Counted from the stretch's first letter, positions 31,289 to 41,309 are shown. The stretch is DNA of 64,000 bases from an uncultured Bacteroidales bacterium (GCA_963750735.1 CAVVRY010000014.1:143568-207567); one strand, 5' to 3'. Made by a program: numbers and translations. Notes: generated from the letters alone by a model not told the origin.

Positions 31289-32745
31289 TACCTTGAATTC
31301 CTAGTTGGTGCAACCTCTTCAATACGCTCGAAAACTCCAAGATCCGGCCCGGAATCATCCAATCGACTGTTTCCTAACAAATCTATTGGAAATGGCTCGG
31401 CTATTTCCAATAAACCCAAATCCTTTGCAAAAGCAAGTGTATCAAGCTGAAAATTAAATTCTCCAGGAGAAATGAAGCCTGGTTCTTCGTTAACCCAAAC
31501 ATTGTTATAATTAGCTGAGCCTGCCACATCAACAGAAGTATCAGCCTTTACAAGACAATGATCAAAAGTATAATTGAATACTCCACCAGTCTCTAATTCA
31601 TCTACAAATACTTCATTTTCTAAACTCCCATAAATGATACAATTTCCAAACTCTGCTTGTAATAAATCTCCGGTAAACAAAGCAGTATCATTTAAATTAT
31701 AATAATTTGATAGTAGAAAAGTAGGTGTAGCCCTGTGTGACCAACCCCAATAATTTGCAAATGTGCACTGGATGAATTCATACAAACCTCCTGTTGTCAG
31801 AGCTGTTGTAAAAGCTGCACAATCAGCAATCAAACAATTATTTGCCTCAATTTTAGCCCCAACAGATGATATCCCAGCATAAGTCATATGTTGAATGATT
31901 GTATTTGAAAGCTTCAAATCCGGGGGTGGATCATTTGAGTAGAAATTTCCTAGATGAATACCAGTAATCCCATTGAGGATATTTGCATAATTAATTTCAT
32001 TTCCAACGCTGCCATTAATAAAATAAATTCCACTCCATTGCCCAGGTATATCTTTGTACATCTCATCAAGCCTGTCTCCCTGGAAAAAAACTGGCTCATC
32101 CAGAGTTCCATTTACTTTTAAAGTCCCACTGATATACATGGTAGAACCCTTATGAAAATACAGTCGTGTACCTGGAGAAATAGTAAGGACCTCTAAAGTA
32201 TCCACCATAAATGAATTATAAATAAGATATGGTTTATCGTTTATCCAGGTCTGACTGCTAATTACCTCTCCATTTATCAGGTGAACATCCTGCCCCCAGG
32301 CTACAAGGTCGACATCCTGCATATTGTTATTGGTAATAAACACAATTGAATCCTGAACCACCATTGGGTTATTCAAATTAAAAGGATCAATGGTTGCTTC
32401 AACAAAAACATACAGACTATCCCCACCTTCAATTGGGACATCCTCAACAAACAGTCCTTTTCTACCATCAACATTCATCCTAAAAAAGGAACTTGTTCCC
32501 TCACCCAACGAAATGGATGAAATCATAACACTCTCTTTATTCGGATTATGGACAGTAAATTCAAGGGTAACTGTACCAATACTTGTAAAAACTGTATCAA
32601 ACATCAAGGTATCAACCGAGAATAAAAGTTTGACTGAAGGATCATCTGTAAAATGCTCCTTTTCGCAGCTTCCAAATAGAACAACAAAGAGAATTACAAA
32701 AAAAGTAGAATTCGAAAATGCTGATATATTTAATTTAAGATTCAA
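31288..32745 (-). CDS. lipoprotein of unknown function with probable right-handed beta-helix region
   Basis: Signal peptide plus lipobox (LFGSCEK). The central region has repetitive short beta-strand/Gly-Asn turns (INGSVGNEINYANILNGITGIHLG..., NNCLIADCA...). No catalytic motif recognised. Its stop shares one base with the EEP start (TAATG). Confidence 0.5.
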   Translation of the reverse strand: MNLKLNISAFSNSTFFVILFVVLFGSCEKEHFTDDPSVKLLFSVDTLMFDTVFTSIGTVTLEFTVHNPNKESVMISSISLGEGTSSFFRMNVDGRKGLFVEDVPIEGGDSLYVFVEATIDPFNLNNPMVVQDSIVFITNNNMQDVDLVAWGQDVHLINGEVISSQTWINDKPYLIYNSFMVDTLEVLTISPGTRLYFHKGSTMYISGTLKVNGTLDEPVFFQGDRLDEMYKDIPGQWSGIYFINGSVGNEINYANILNGITGIHLGNFYSNDPPPDLKLSNTIIQHMTYAGISSVGAKIEANNCLIADCAAFTTALTTGGLYEFIQCTFANYWGWSHRATPTFLLSNYYNLNDTALFTGDLLQAEFGNCIIYGSLENEVFVDELETGGVFNYTFDHCLVKADTSVDVAGSANYNNVWVNEEPGFISPGEFNFQLDTLAFAKDLGLLEIAEPFPIDLLGNSRLDDSGPDLGVFERIEEVAPTRNSR

Positions 32746-32897
32746 ATTGCAGGTTGTATTACAAGGTTTTAAATATAGATAAATGTTGACTTAGCAAGAA
32801 CGGTATAAAGTTAAAAACATTATAAATTCTAATGGAATCGGAATCTGTTGCTTTTAAAAAAACTTATCTTTGATAAAATTTTTACCATTATAATATT

Positions 32898-34541
32898 ATG
32901 AAAAACGTTTTAATATCCTTTCTAACAATACTTTTCATAGGTGCAGGTAGTTGCAGTTCCCCGAAAAAAAATATTGATCTGATTGTTCACAATGCAACAA
33001 TCTATACTGTTGACAAGCAATTCTCAATCCAAGAATGTATTGCTATCAACAATGGTAAAATTGTTGCTGTTGGATCTGATAAGGAGATATTAGCTAAATA
33101 TCAGGGAGAAGTGTTTGTTGACTTGAATAAAAAATTCATCTACCCGGGTTTAATTGATGCACATTGTCACTATGTTGGTTATGGCATGAATTTAAAGAAT
33201 GTTGACCTGGTAGGAACCACATCGTTTGATGAAATTATTGAAAGAATTGTAAAACATCATGAACAATTTCCCTCCGATTGGATTCTGGGACGGGGCTGGG
33301 ATCAGAATGATTGGGAGATAAAAGAATTTCCAACCCGACAAAAGCTTGATGAGTTATTTCCTAACACTCCCATATTTCTTAGGAGAATTGACGGACATGG
33401 AGCTATTGCAAATGGGAAAGCGCTTGAATTAGCCGGGGTTACTATAAGCACTAAAATTGATGGTGGAGATTTAATTATGAAAAACGGAGAACTCACCGGT
33501 GTTTTGATTGACAATGCCATGGGTATAGTAGGACGAGTGATTCCGTCAGACAGCAAGAAAGATATAATTACTGGTTTATTACAGGCCCAGGATAATTGTT
33601 TTCAAGTTGGTTTAACCACAGTTTTTGATGCAGGTCTAGGAAACTCCGTACTGCATATAATTGATAGTCTTCAGGCAGAAGATAAACTTAAGATGAGGAT
33701 TAATGCCATGTTAAGCCCTTCAAAGAAGAATTTTGAAGAATATTTATATGAAGGAGTTTATCAAACCGATCTGCTAACCATTCGATCAATCAAATTATTT
33801 GCTGATGGAGCTCTTGGTTCCAGAGGTGCCAAATTGCTATGGCCATACTCTGATGACCCGGGTAATACAGGGCTGCTGGTTTCACATCCGGATGATTTAA
33901 TTGATATCTGCCAGCAAGCTTTTGAGCATGGATATCAAATAAATACTCATTGCATTGGAGACTCTGCCAACAGGCTTATGATGAATATATATAGAGATAT
34001 TTTAAAAGGAAAAAATGACAAACGGTGGAGAATTGAGCATGCGCAGATCATTCATCCGGATGATTTTCACTTTTTCGGAGAATATAGTATAATACCTTCT
34101 GTCCAATCTACTCATGCTACTTCTGATATGTACTGGGCCGAGGACCGTTTGGGACCAGAAAGAATTAAAGGGGCATATGCTTATCGTCAACTCTTAGAAC
34201 AAAATGGTTGGATTCCAAACGGTAGTGATTTCCCGGTTGAAGATATAAATCCACTTTACGGCTTCTTCTCACTAACAGCAAGAAAAGACCAATCTGGATT
34301 CCCGGAAAACGGATTTCAAATGGAAAATTCTCTTTCACGGGAGGAGGCATTGAAAGCCATGACTATTTGGGCTGCCAAATCAGGATTTGAAGAGGACCGA
34401 ATAGGCAGCCTCGAGCCAGGTAAATTTGCCGATTTTATAGTTCTGGATGAAAATATAATGGAATGTGATCTTATGGAAATTCCCAAATTAAAGATCCAAA
34501 AAACATTTATCCAGGGAGAAGAAGTATTTGTAAATAAATAA
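32898..34541 (+). CDS. amidohydrolase-family (Amidohydro_3 / YtcJ-like) metal-dependent hydrolase, lipoprotein
   Basis: Lipobox (GAGSCSS), metal-binding GLIDAHCHY, later HCIGD and HAQI motifs; 547 aa. Confidence 0.8.
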   Translation: MKNVLISFLTILFIGAGSCSSPKKNIDLIVHNATIYTVDKQFSIQECIAINNGKIVAVGSDKEILAKYQGEVFVDLNKKFIYPGLIDAHCHYVGYGMNLKNVDLVGTTSFDEIIERIVKHHEQFPSDWILGRGWDQNDWEIKEFPTRQKLDELFPNTPIFLRRIDGHGAIANGKALELAGVTISTKIDGGDLIMKNGELTGVLIDNAMGIVGRVIPSDSKKDIITGLLQAQDNCFQVGLTTVFDAGLGNSVLHIIDSLQAEDKLKMRINAMLSPSKKNFEEYLYEGVYQTDLLTIRSIKLFADGALGSRGAKLLWPYSDDPGNTGLLVSHPDDLIDICQQAFEHGYQINTHCIGDSANRLMMNIYRDILKGKNDKRWRIEHAQIIHPDDFHFFGEYSIIPSVQSTHATSDMYWAEDRLGPERIKGAYAYRQLLEQNGWIPNGSDFPVEDINPLYGFFSLTARKDQSGFPENGFQMENSLSREEALKAMTIWAAKSGFEEDRIGSLEPGKFADFIVLDENIMECDLMEIPKLKIQKTFIQGEEVFVNK

Positions 34542-34573
34542 TTGTTAAGATACTATACAGGAAACTCTTCCTA

Positions 34574-35938
34574 CTATAGCTTAAAGGGTACACCATTGTA
34601 GAAGTCAAGAATTTTTGTAGTAAAAATAAACTCAAATTTTGCTTGTAAAAGCTCTGCCTGCGCTTTAATCAAGTTGTTCTTGGCTATATTATAATCCACT
34701 GCATTTTCAGTTCCAGCATCCAGCTTTTCCTGAGAATAATCAAAGGCTGCCTGCCGCGAATCCACTACTTCAGTAGAGGTTCTGTACTTTTCTAGAGCTG
34801 CAGTCGCATCGAGGTGGGTCTGCTGAATAGTTTTATACAATATCTGCTTCGATTGATCGAGATTCACCTCAGCATCCAACATTGAAATTTTTGCATTGCT
34901 GATTGTATTTTGAATGGCCCATTGCTGAAAAATTGGAATGCTCAAATTTATCGAAACCTGTTGATAACGATTATCTTTAATCTGATCACCGTATGGGTAT
35001 GGTGCATCGGGTTCAAGAGGGTTTCTCCCCAACTGAGAGTAACGCGAGTAAATCAATCCTCTTAGGTAAATATTAGGACTTCTGGTTCCACGTGCGATAG
35101 ACAGGTTCTTTTCTTCTGCCTTTAGATTGTATTCCGCACTTTTAATCTCTGGAAAACTAGCTACTGCATTTTGGAATACCTCCGAAAAAGGAATAATTAT
35201 AATCTCATCTCCAATTTCTGTATCCTCTGGTTTCAAAACTCTAAAGTTTCCTACAGAATCCAAATCAAGAAGTTGTGTTAGATCAAGATAGTTTGTTTTT
35301 AATTGATTTGTTACGGTGGTGAAATTTAATCGCTCTGCTGCAGCTTGAGATTTCATATCCAGTAACTGCCCCTGTGAAGTTTTTCCTAATTTTACAAACT
35401 GGCTGGTTCGCTCAACCTCCTGATTAATGGCTTCGAGCTGAGATTTTGCTATTTCAAGTAATTCCTCGTTAAATAAAATTTTCATATAAGCCAGTACTAT
35501 ATCAATCATAAGGTCATTCTTCTCCTTATCAACATTGGCATTACTGACTAAAAAACTAAACTTATTCCGTTTAATGATGTTTGTTTGTTGCATTCCGTTA
35601 AATAAATTTAACGATGCCTGTGCTCCCAGGTTCCCATCCTGAAATTGTTGCTGAACGTATGTATAATCTTCATAGTTTACTGTTTTACCGGCACTAAAGC
35701 TATGCTGTGCGAATCCACTTAAACTGGGAAGCATTTGCAATTTAGATTGAAGCAGATTGTTCTCAGAGGTATTTGCCTGAAATTTTCTTCTTTTAAGCTG
35801 AAGATTGTTTTCCATTGCATAGTTTATACAATCCTCAAGCGACCAAACTTCCTGAGAAAATGTGGAAGTTGGCATAAAAAATACAAATGTAAATATGCTC
35901 CAGGTGATAAAACTTCTGAAAATCTTATAAATATGCAT
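34574..35938 (-). CDS. TolC-family outer-membrane efflux protein
   Basis: Signal peptide and two-fold repeat of coiled-coil/beta segments. The N-terminal WSLEDCINYAMENNLQLK pattern is typical of Bacteroidota TolC-like proteins. Confidence 0.85.
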   Translation of the reverse strand: MHIYKIFRSFITWSIFTFVFFMPTSTFSQEVWSLEDCINYAMENNLQLKRRKFQANTSENNLLQSKLQMLPSLSGFAQHSFSAGKTVNYEDYTYVQQQFQDGNLGAQASLNLFNGMQQTNIIKRNKFSFLVSNANVDKEKNDLMIDIVLAYMKILFNEELLEIAKSQLEAINQEVERTSQFVKLGKTSQGQLLDMKSQAAAERLNFTTVTNQLKTNYLDLTQLLDLDSVGNFRVLKPEDTEIGDEIIIIPFSEVFQNAVASFPEIKSAEYNLKAEEKNLSIARGTRSPNIYLRGLIYSRYSQLGRNPLEPDAPYPYGDQIKDNRYQQVSINLSIPIFQQWAIQNTISNAKISMLDAEVNLDQSKQILYKTIQQTHLDATAALEKYRTSTEVVDSRQAAFDYSQEKLDAGTENAVDYNIAKNNLIKAQAELLQAKFEFIFTTKILDFYNGVPFKL

Positions 35939-35944
35939 TTCTAT

Positions 35945-36238
35945 TTATTCTCCTTTTTTTCTATAAAGAACCTGTATAAACTTCGCGTCATCGAGTGGAG
36001 TATAAATTTGAATTAATTCCCAGGCCGAATCATAATTTCTTATTGACTTTTTCAATCGGGTAATTCGGGCCAAAGACTTTGATAATTCATCTGCTCCGCT
36101 TGAATAGTCATCCTCAACATCCCACTCAAATGAAACTACTCTGAAATTATACTGAACCTCTTTCCCTCCAATTTTTAACAATATCTCTGCATTTTCATTT
36201 TCTCCAAAATGCAAGATCGGTACACATAGTTCTTTCAT
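35945..36238 (-). CDS. hypothetical 97-aa cytoplasmic protein inside the efflux operon
   Basis: ORF sits 6 nt upstream of the tolC-like gene on the same strand. No TM segment or signal peptide, and no motif I recognise. Confidence 0.5.
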   Translation of the reverse strand: MKELCVPILHFGENENAEILLKIGGKEVQYNFRVVSFEWDVEDDYSSGADELSKSLARITRLKKSIRNYDSAWELIQIYTPLDDAKFIQVLYRKKGE

Positions 36239-36349
36239 AATACTGTATATTTATTAATAAATCCTATAAAGACTTCTCAAATAATACCTACAGATACTAA
36301 TTACCGCAACAAAAAGCAGAGGTAATAAAGTTCAGCTTACGATAGAATA

Positions 36350-37033
36350 CTAAACAGTATGCTTAATATTCTCTGTAACAATATGTCCATCAAACAATTG
36401 AATAATTCGATGGGCATATTCGGCATCTGTTGGTGAGTGTGTAACCATTACTATGGTTGTTCCATCCTTATTAAGTTCTGTCAACAAATTCATAACTTCC
36501 TCGCCATTAGCAGAGTCAAGGTTACCTGTTGGCTCATCCGCTAATATTAATTTGGGATTTGCTACAACTGCTCTTGCAATAGCAACTCTCTGCTGCTGAC
36601 CACCTGACAATTGTTGTGGAAAATGCTTCTTCCTATGAATTATCTTCATCCGTTCCAAAACAGTTTCAACTTTCTTCCTTCTTTCAGATGCAGATACCTT
36701 CATGTATAATAGAGGAAGTTCAACATTCTCATATACTGTAAGTTCGTCAATTAAATTAAAGCTTTGAAAAACAAAACCAATATTTCCCTTTCTCAGGTTA
36801 GTCCTGTTTCTCTCTGACATTTTTGATACCTCGGTATCATTAAAATAGAATTCTCCGTTAGATGGATTATCCAATAATCCGATAATGTTCAAAAGGGTTG
36901 ATTTTCCACAACCGGAAGGACCCATAACGGCCACCATTTCTCCATTCTTTACTTCCAAATCCACATTATTAAGGGCTGTTGTTTCAACCTCTTCTGTCCT
37001 GAAGATTTTAGTTAGACTTTTTGTGCGAATCAT
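36350..37033 (-). CDS. ABC transporter ATP-binding protein (MacB/LolD-type ATPase, no fused permease)
   Basis: Walker A GPSGCGKST, signature LSGGQQQRVAIARA, Walker B LILADEPTGNLD. 227 aa, ATPase domain only. Confidence 0.9.
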   Translation of the reverse strand: MIRTKSLTKIFRTEEVETTALNNVDLEVKNGEMVAVMGPSGCGKSTLLNIIGLLDNPSNGEFYFNDTEVSKMSERNRTNLRKGNIGFVFQSFNLIDELTVYENVELPLLYMKVSASERRKKVETVLERMKIIHRKKHFPQQLSGGQQQRVAIARAVVANPKLILADEPTGNLDSANGEEVMNLLTELNKDGTTIVMVTHSPTDAEYAHRIIQLFDGHIVTENIKHTV

Positions 37034-37061
37034 AGCTTACATTTTTAATGGTTGATATTAA

Positions 37062-38315
37062 TTATCTTTTAAGGATTAGTTTATCGACATTTCCAAAATT
37101 GTCATAGCTTGAGGTAATAACTTTTTCACCTTGATCAAGGCCTTCAAGTACCTCATAAAATCTTGGGTTCTGAGCACCCAGACTAATATTTCTTTTTGTT
37201 GCAAACTCTTCTGATGGATCTAAAATATATACCCACTGGCCTCCAGTGCTCTGGTAAAATCCACCCCGTGGGATTAGAATGGCCGTTTTCGGAGCACCTA
37301 ACTCGAGCTTAATCCTAGAAGTTTGACCAATTTTTATTGAAGGAGGTACTGTATCAATAAAAACCATATCTGAATAGAAATTCCCTGCAGTCACTTCCGG
37401 ATATATCTTTGCAATCGTCCCTTTGTAGGATGTACCAGAAAAATCACATTCGCCTGCCAATCCTCTTGAAACTTTGGAAATATAATATTCATCTATTTCA
37501 ACTCGCATTTTATATGAATCAAGAATATTTATTTGACCTACCCTTTGCCCACGATTAAGAACCTGACCTATCTCCAGATCAAGAGAAGCTAATTCACCAC
37601 TAACTGGAGCTTTAAAATTTAAACTCTCAAGTTTTTCATTTACAAGAATAAGATTATCCTGCATGCGTTGAACAGACACTTCAAGAGCACCCACCTGGAC
37701 ACCTCTAAAAATTGAATCCTTTTTCAGGTTCTCCAGCAATAACTCCAGCCTTTTCTGTGATAACTCAAGTTGTTCTTTAGAGATATTAAATTCTTCCTGA
37801 GAAATATGATTGCCTTGCAACAATATCATATTGTTCTCGAAATCACGCTTTTGCTGAAGAATATCATATTCTACACCCAGAATCTGACTACGGGAGTTCA
37901 GTGTTTGCTGATCCATTAATAGCCTTGCCTGCCTCAACTCATTAGAAGTTCTTGAAACCAAGGCTTCATAATTTGAGATCTCAAGGATAAGGCTGGTATT
38001 GCTAAGCTTTAAAAGAAGGTCACCCTTTTCCACCATTGTTCCTTCCTCAGCGACAATTTCCTCAACGCGTCCCCCTTCCATTGCATCAAGATAAACCGTC
38101 GTTATCGGTTCAACAGTTCCAGTAACTGAAATATAATTTTTGAAATACCCTTCTGTAACTTCACTTATTGAAATTTTTTCAATGTCAACGTTGTACTTCG
38201 AGCTTTTATCCCCAAATATGAGATTCCAAAGCACCAATAGTACTATAATCACCGAAACTGCTATCCATACATGCTTTTTAGTGATCTTGTTTTTCTTTTC
38301 AATAGGTCTATCCAT
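37062..38315 (-). CDS. HlyD/MacA-family periplasmic adaptor (membrane fusion protein)
   Basis: N-terminal TM anchor, lipoyl-like segment (VEEGTMVEKGDLLLKL), long coiled-coil and C-terminal beta-barrel region. Confidence 0.85.
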   Translation of the reverse strand: MDRPIEKKNKITKKHVWIAVSVIIVLLVLWNLIFGDKSSKYNVDIEKISISEVTEGYFKNYISVTGTVEPITTVYLDAMEGGRVEEIVAEEGTMVEKGDLLLKLSNTSLILEISNYEALVSRTSNELRQARLLMDQQTLNSRSQILGVEYDILQQKRDFENNMILLQGNHISQEEFNISKEQLELSQKRLELLLENLKKDSIFRGVQVGALEVSVQRMQDNLILVNEKLESLNFKAPVSGELASLDLEIGQVLNRGQRVGQINILDSYKMRVEIDEYYISKVSRGLAGECDFSGTSYKGTIAKIYPEVTAGNFYSDMVFIDTVPPSIKIGQTSRIKLELGAPKTAILIPRGGFYQSTGGQWVYILDPSEEFATKRNISLGAQNPRFYEVLEGLDQGEKVITSSYDNFGNVDKLILKR

Positions 38316-38340
38316 ATTATTCTCTCAAATTACACAAAAT

Positions 38341-38358
38341 AAACATGAATTGTGCCAA
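38341..38358 (-). promoter_or_regulatory. weak candidate sigma-54 (-24/-12) promoter for the efflux operon
   Basis: Minus strand reads TTGGCACAATTCATGTTT. TGGCAC is a perfect -24 element, but the -12 element is ATGT rather than consensus TTGC. It lies ~25-40 nt upstream of the hlyD-like ATG and next to a sigma-54 activator gene. Confidence 0.25.
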
Positions 38359-38545
38359 AGGCTACAAAGTCCTAATAGGCAGATCGTTAACCTTATCGAT
38401 ATATATGGCATTTAGCCCCCTGTGTTCGAAATTAGAACAATTACAGTACGAATCCGAACAATCTAAAAATAAATTATATTTTTGTAATAATAAGGGATTA
38501 TGTGAAAAAAATCCCCGATCATCAATAATAAAAATAAAATTCAAA

Positions 38546-39922
38546 ATGAAGGAACCTGAAGGAAGAATACTGGCAATTGATGACAATGAAGATATCCTTT
38601 TTGCATTAAAGCTTTTGTTGAAACCGCATGTAGAAAGAATTGACACTCTGAACTCTCCACAAAACGCGTTAGAATATTTATCCAAAAATGACTACGATGT
38701 CATCTTACTTGACATGAATTTCACAAAAGATGCGATCAGTGGCCAGGAGGGTTTTGATTGGCTTGCTAAAATTCATGATGCCTATCCTACCGCTGTTGTT
38801 GTATTTATTACAGCATACGGAGATGCAGAAAAAGCTGTTAAAGCAATAAAAGCAGGAGCCTCTGATTTCATTCTAAAGCCATGGCAGAATGAAAAACTCT
38901 TAGCCACAATCTCCTCCTCAATTCAATTGGCAAGGAGCAAAAAAGAAAATAAAGAGCTCCGAAACAAGCACCAGGAGTTAAGTGCAGTATTGAGTCAGCC
39001 ATTTGAAGAATTTATTGGTGAATCGGATGAAATGAAGGAAGTCTTTACTACCATTAAGAAAGTTGCTCTTACTGATGCGAATGTTCTAATATTGGGAGAA
39101 AATGGAACCGGTAAAGAATTGGTGGCCAGGGCTCTACACAAAAACTCTCTTCGCAAAGATGAAATCTTTATTAGTGTCGATCTTGGTTCTATAAGCGAAA
39201 CTCTATTTGAGAGTGAATTATTTGGACATGAAAAAGGAGCCTTCACAGATGCTATTAAGGAAAAGGCCGGACGCTTTGAAATTGCAAAAGGAGGTACATT
39301 GTTTTTGGATGAGATCGGCAACCTTTCTATGCCCTTGCAAACGAAGCTTTTAACAGTTATTGAAAGAAGAGAAGTCACTCGGGTTGGGTCAAATAAATCT
39401 ATTCCTGTAAATGTCAGGCTAATTTGTGCTACTAACAACAATATTCATAGTTTGGTGGCAAAAGAGAACTTCAGACAGGATTTGCTTTATCGTATTAATA
39501 CTGTTGAAATTCATCTTCCACCCCTGCGCGATCGAATTTCTGATATTCCTCTCCTTTCTGATCATTTTCTTAAAATGTATATTAAAAAATACCGGAAAAA
39601 CATTAGGAAAATCAGTAGTGATGCAATGAAGTGCCTCAAACAATATACCTGGCCAGGAAATGTTCGAGAATTACAACATTCTTTGGAGAGAGCGGTAATA
39701 TTAACTGACTCAGATGAATTAGATAGAGATGATTTTATGCTTTCTTCCGGACAAAAATCCATTGAAGATACTGAGTTTACTACCTTTGATCTTGATGCCA
39801 TTGAAAAACAGGTAATTCAAAAAGCCATGAAGAAAAATGCCGGAAATGTTACTCAGGCAGCAAGTGATCTTGGATTAACCCGAACATCTTTATACAGACG
39901 AATGGAAAAACATGATTTATAA
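38546..39922 (+). CDS. sigma-54-dependent response regulator (NtrC family: REC-AAA+-Fis HTH)
   Basis: Receiver (ILAIDDNEDIL...VILLDMNF...KPW), AAA+ Walker A GENGTGKE, sigma-54 contact loop GAFTDA, and C-terminal HTH (AASDLGLTRTSLYRRMEK). I prefer the ATG at 38546; the ORF-track start at 38345 adds 67 non-homologous residues. Confidence 0.9.
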   Translation: MKEPEGRILAIDDNEDILFALKLLLKPHVERIDTLNSPQNALEYLSKNDYDVILLDMNFTKDAISGQEGFDWLAKIHDAYPTAVVVFITAYGDAEKAVKAIKAGASDFILKPWQNEKLLATISSSIQLARSKKENKELRNKHQELSAVLSQPFEEFIGESDEMKEVFTTIKKVALTDANVLILGENGTGKELVARALHKNSLRKDEIFISVDLGSISETLFESELFGHEKGAFTDAIKEKAGRFEIAKGGTLFLDEIGNLSMPLQTKLLTVIERREVTRVGSNKSIPVNVRLICATNNNIHSLVAKENFRQDLLYRINTVEIHLPPLRDRISDIPLLSDHFLKMYIKKYRKNIRKISSDAMKCLKQYTWPGNVRELQHSLERAVILTDSDELDRDDFMLSSGQKSIEDTEFTTFDLDAIEKQVIQKAMKKNAGNVTQAASDLGLTRTSLYRRMEKHDL

Positions 39923-41267
39923 AAAATTTCGGTTCATTATATTTATAAGGTTATTCTTGCTTACTGCATCAATATTCCTATTTGTATACACACTGGAATC
40001 ACAGTTTTTTCTTACTCCGGTTTTTATTGGGTTGATCATAATCTTTGAACTTGTTTCAATGTTCCGTTATATTGACCGGACAAATAGGGACCTTGCCAGT
40101 TTTCTTGAATCAATTAGGTTTTCGGAGTTTACCAGAAGTTTTGAAATAGAAGGAATGGGCTCCTCCTTTGATGAGTTAAGTAAAGCTTTCAATGACGTAA
40201 TTAAGGATTTTCAAACTATCCGATCAGAAAAAGAAGAACACTTCCAATATCTACATAGCATTGTTCAAAATACTGACATCAGTATTATTGCATTTCAAAA
40301 AAATGGATCAGTTGATTTAATAAACAACGCAGCAAAAAAATTATTCCAGGTATCATCCTTAAAAAATATTCAAACACTGGAATCATTAAGTTCAGATCTT
40401 GTAAATACTCTTCTCAATCTCAAACCTGGCGTAATTACATTGTTAAAAGTGCAGGATCAGGATGATATTTTGCAACTGGCAATTTCTTCCAGTGAAGTTA
40501 AAATTGGGAATAAGCTCATAGTTCTTGCTACTATCAAGAATATTCAGGCAGTTCTTGATGAACAGGAGACAGAGGCCTGGCAGAAGCTTATCAGGGTATT
40601 GACTCACGAGATCATGAATTCCATTACCCCTATTGCTTCCATTACCAACACCCTGGAATTGATGCTGAAAGACCTGAAGAAAGAAGATCGATATAGCACT
40701 TATCATATAAGTCCGCCATCAGTAGATGAATTTAAGGAAGCTTTACACACAATCAGTAAAAGAAGTACCGGTCTACTGCATTTTGTAAATACCTACAGGA
40801 ACCTTACCCGTATTCCTAAACCAAACTTTAAAGTGGTAAAAGTTAAAGATATCTTTGATCATATAAGATCATTGATGACGGAGGAACTGGATGCAAAAGG
40901 AATTAAATTTGAGAGTCCGGTATATCCTTCAAATCTTGAACTTTTTGCTGATGAGAAATTAATTGAACAGGTATTAATTAACCTGATGAAAAACTCTATT
41001 CATGCCGTTGACAATGTCCCAGATCCAATAATTACAATGAAAGCTTATAAAAATAAACGTGAAAGGGTTACAATCCATGTAATAGACAACGGGAATGGTA
41101 TTTTGCAGGATGTCTTAGATAAGATCTTTATTCCATTCTTTACAACGAAACCAAAGGGATCAGGGATAGGGTTAAGTTTATCAAGAGAAATTCTCAGACT
41201 TCATGGAGGATCTATATATGCACACTCCACTCCTGAAAAAGAAACAACTTTTACACTTACTTTTTAA
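39912..41267 (+). CDS. membrane sensor histidine kinase (NtrB-like partner)
   Basis: Two N-terminal TM segments, H-box LTHEIMNSITPI, N-box LINLMKNSIHA, G-boxes DNGNGI / GSGIGLSLS. Overlaps the regulator gene by 11 nt. Confidence 0.85.
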   Translation: MIYKKFRFIIFIRLFLLTASIFLFVYTLESQFFLTPVFIGLIIIFELVSMFRYIDRTNRDLASFLESIRFSEFTRSFEIEGMGSSFDELSKAFNDVIKDFQTIRSEKEEHFQYLHSIVQNTDISIIAFQKNGSVDLINNAAKKLFQVSSLKNIQTLESLSSDLVNTLLNLKPGVITLLKVQDQDDILQLAISSSEVKIGNKLIVLATIKNIQAVLDEQETEAWQKLIRVLTHEIMNSITPIASITNTLELMLKDLKKEDRYSTYHISPPSVDEFKEALHTISKRSTGLLHFVNTYRNLTRIPKPNFKVVKVKDIFDHIRSLMTEELDAKGIKFESPVYPSNLELFADEKLIEQVLINLMKNSIHAVDNVPDPIITMKAYKNKRERVTIHVIDNGNGILQDVLDKIFIPFFTTKPKGSGIGLSLSREILRLHGGSIYAHSTPEKETTFTLTF

Positions 41268-41309
41268 TTGAATATAGGGATCTAATTGCAATTCTATCCA
41301 AATATCACA

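Noticed and set aside
38345-38545. The 67-aa N-terminal extension of the sigma-54 regulator suggested by the ORF track
   Set aside because: The extension (MNCAKGYKVLIGRSL...) has no receiver-domain homology and covers the divergent promoter region. The receiver starts right after the ATG at 38546 (MKEPEGRILAIDDNEDIL).
698-40706. Remaining short overlapping ORFs (e.g. 698..898, 1341..1574, 3403..3609, 3778..3966, 7150..7338, 7657..7977, 8121..8483, 9759..9962, 12466..12717, 14722..14946, 15583..15819, 17709..18185, 27211..27480, 29778..30116, 32390..32782, 33302..33556, 35735..36016, 38140..38685, 38995..39801, 40443..40706)
   Set aside because: Each is nested in or antisense to a longer ORF with clear family motifs. 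None shows a recognisable domain.
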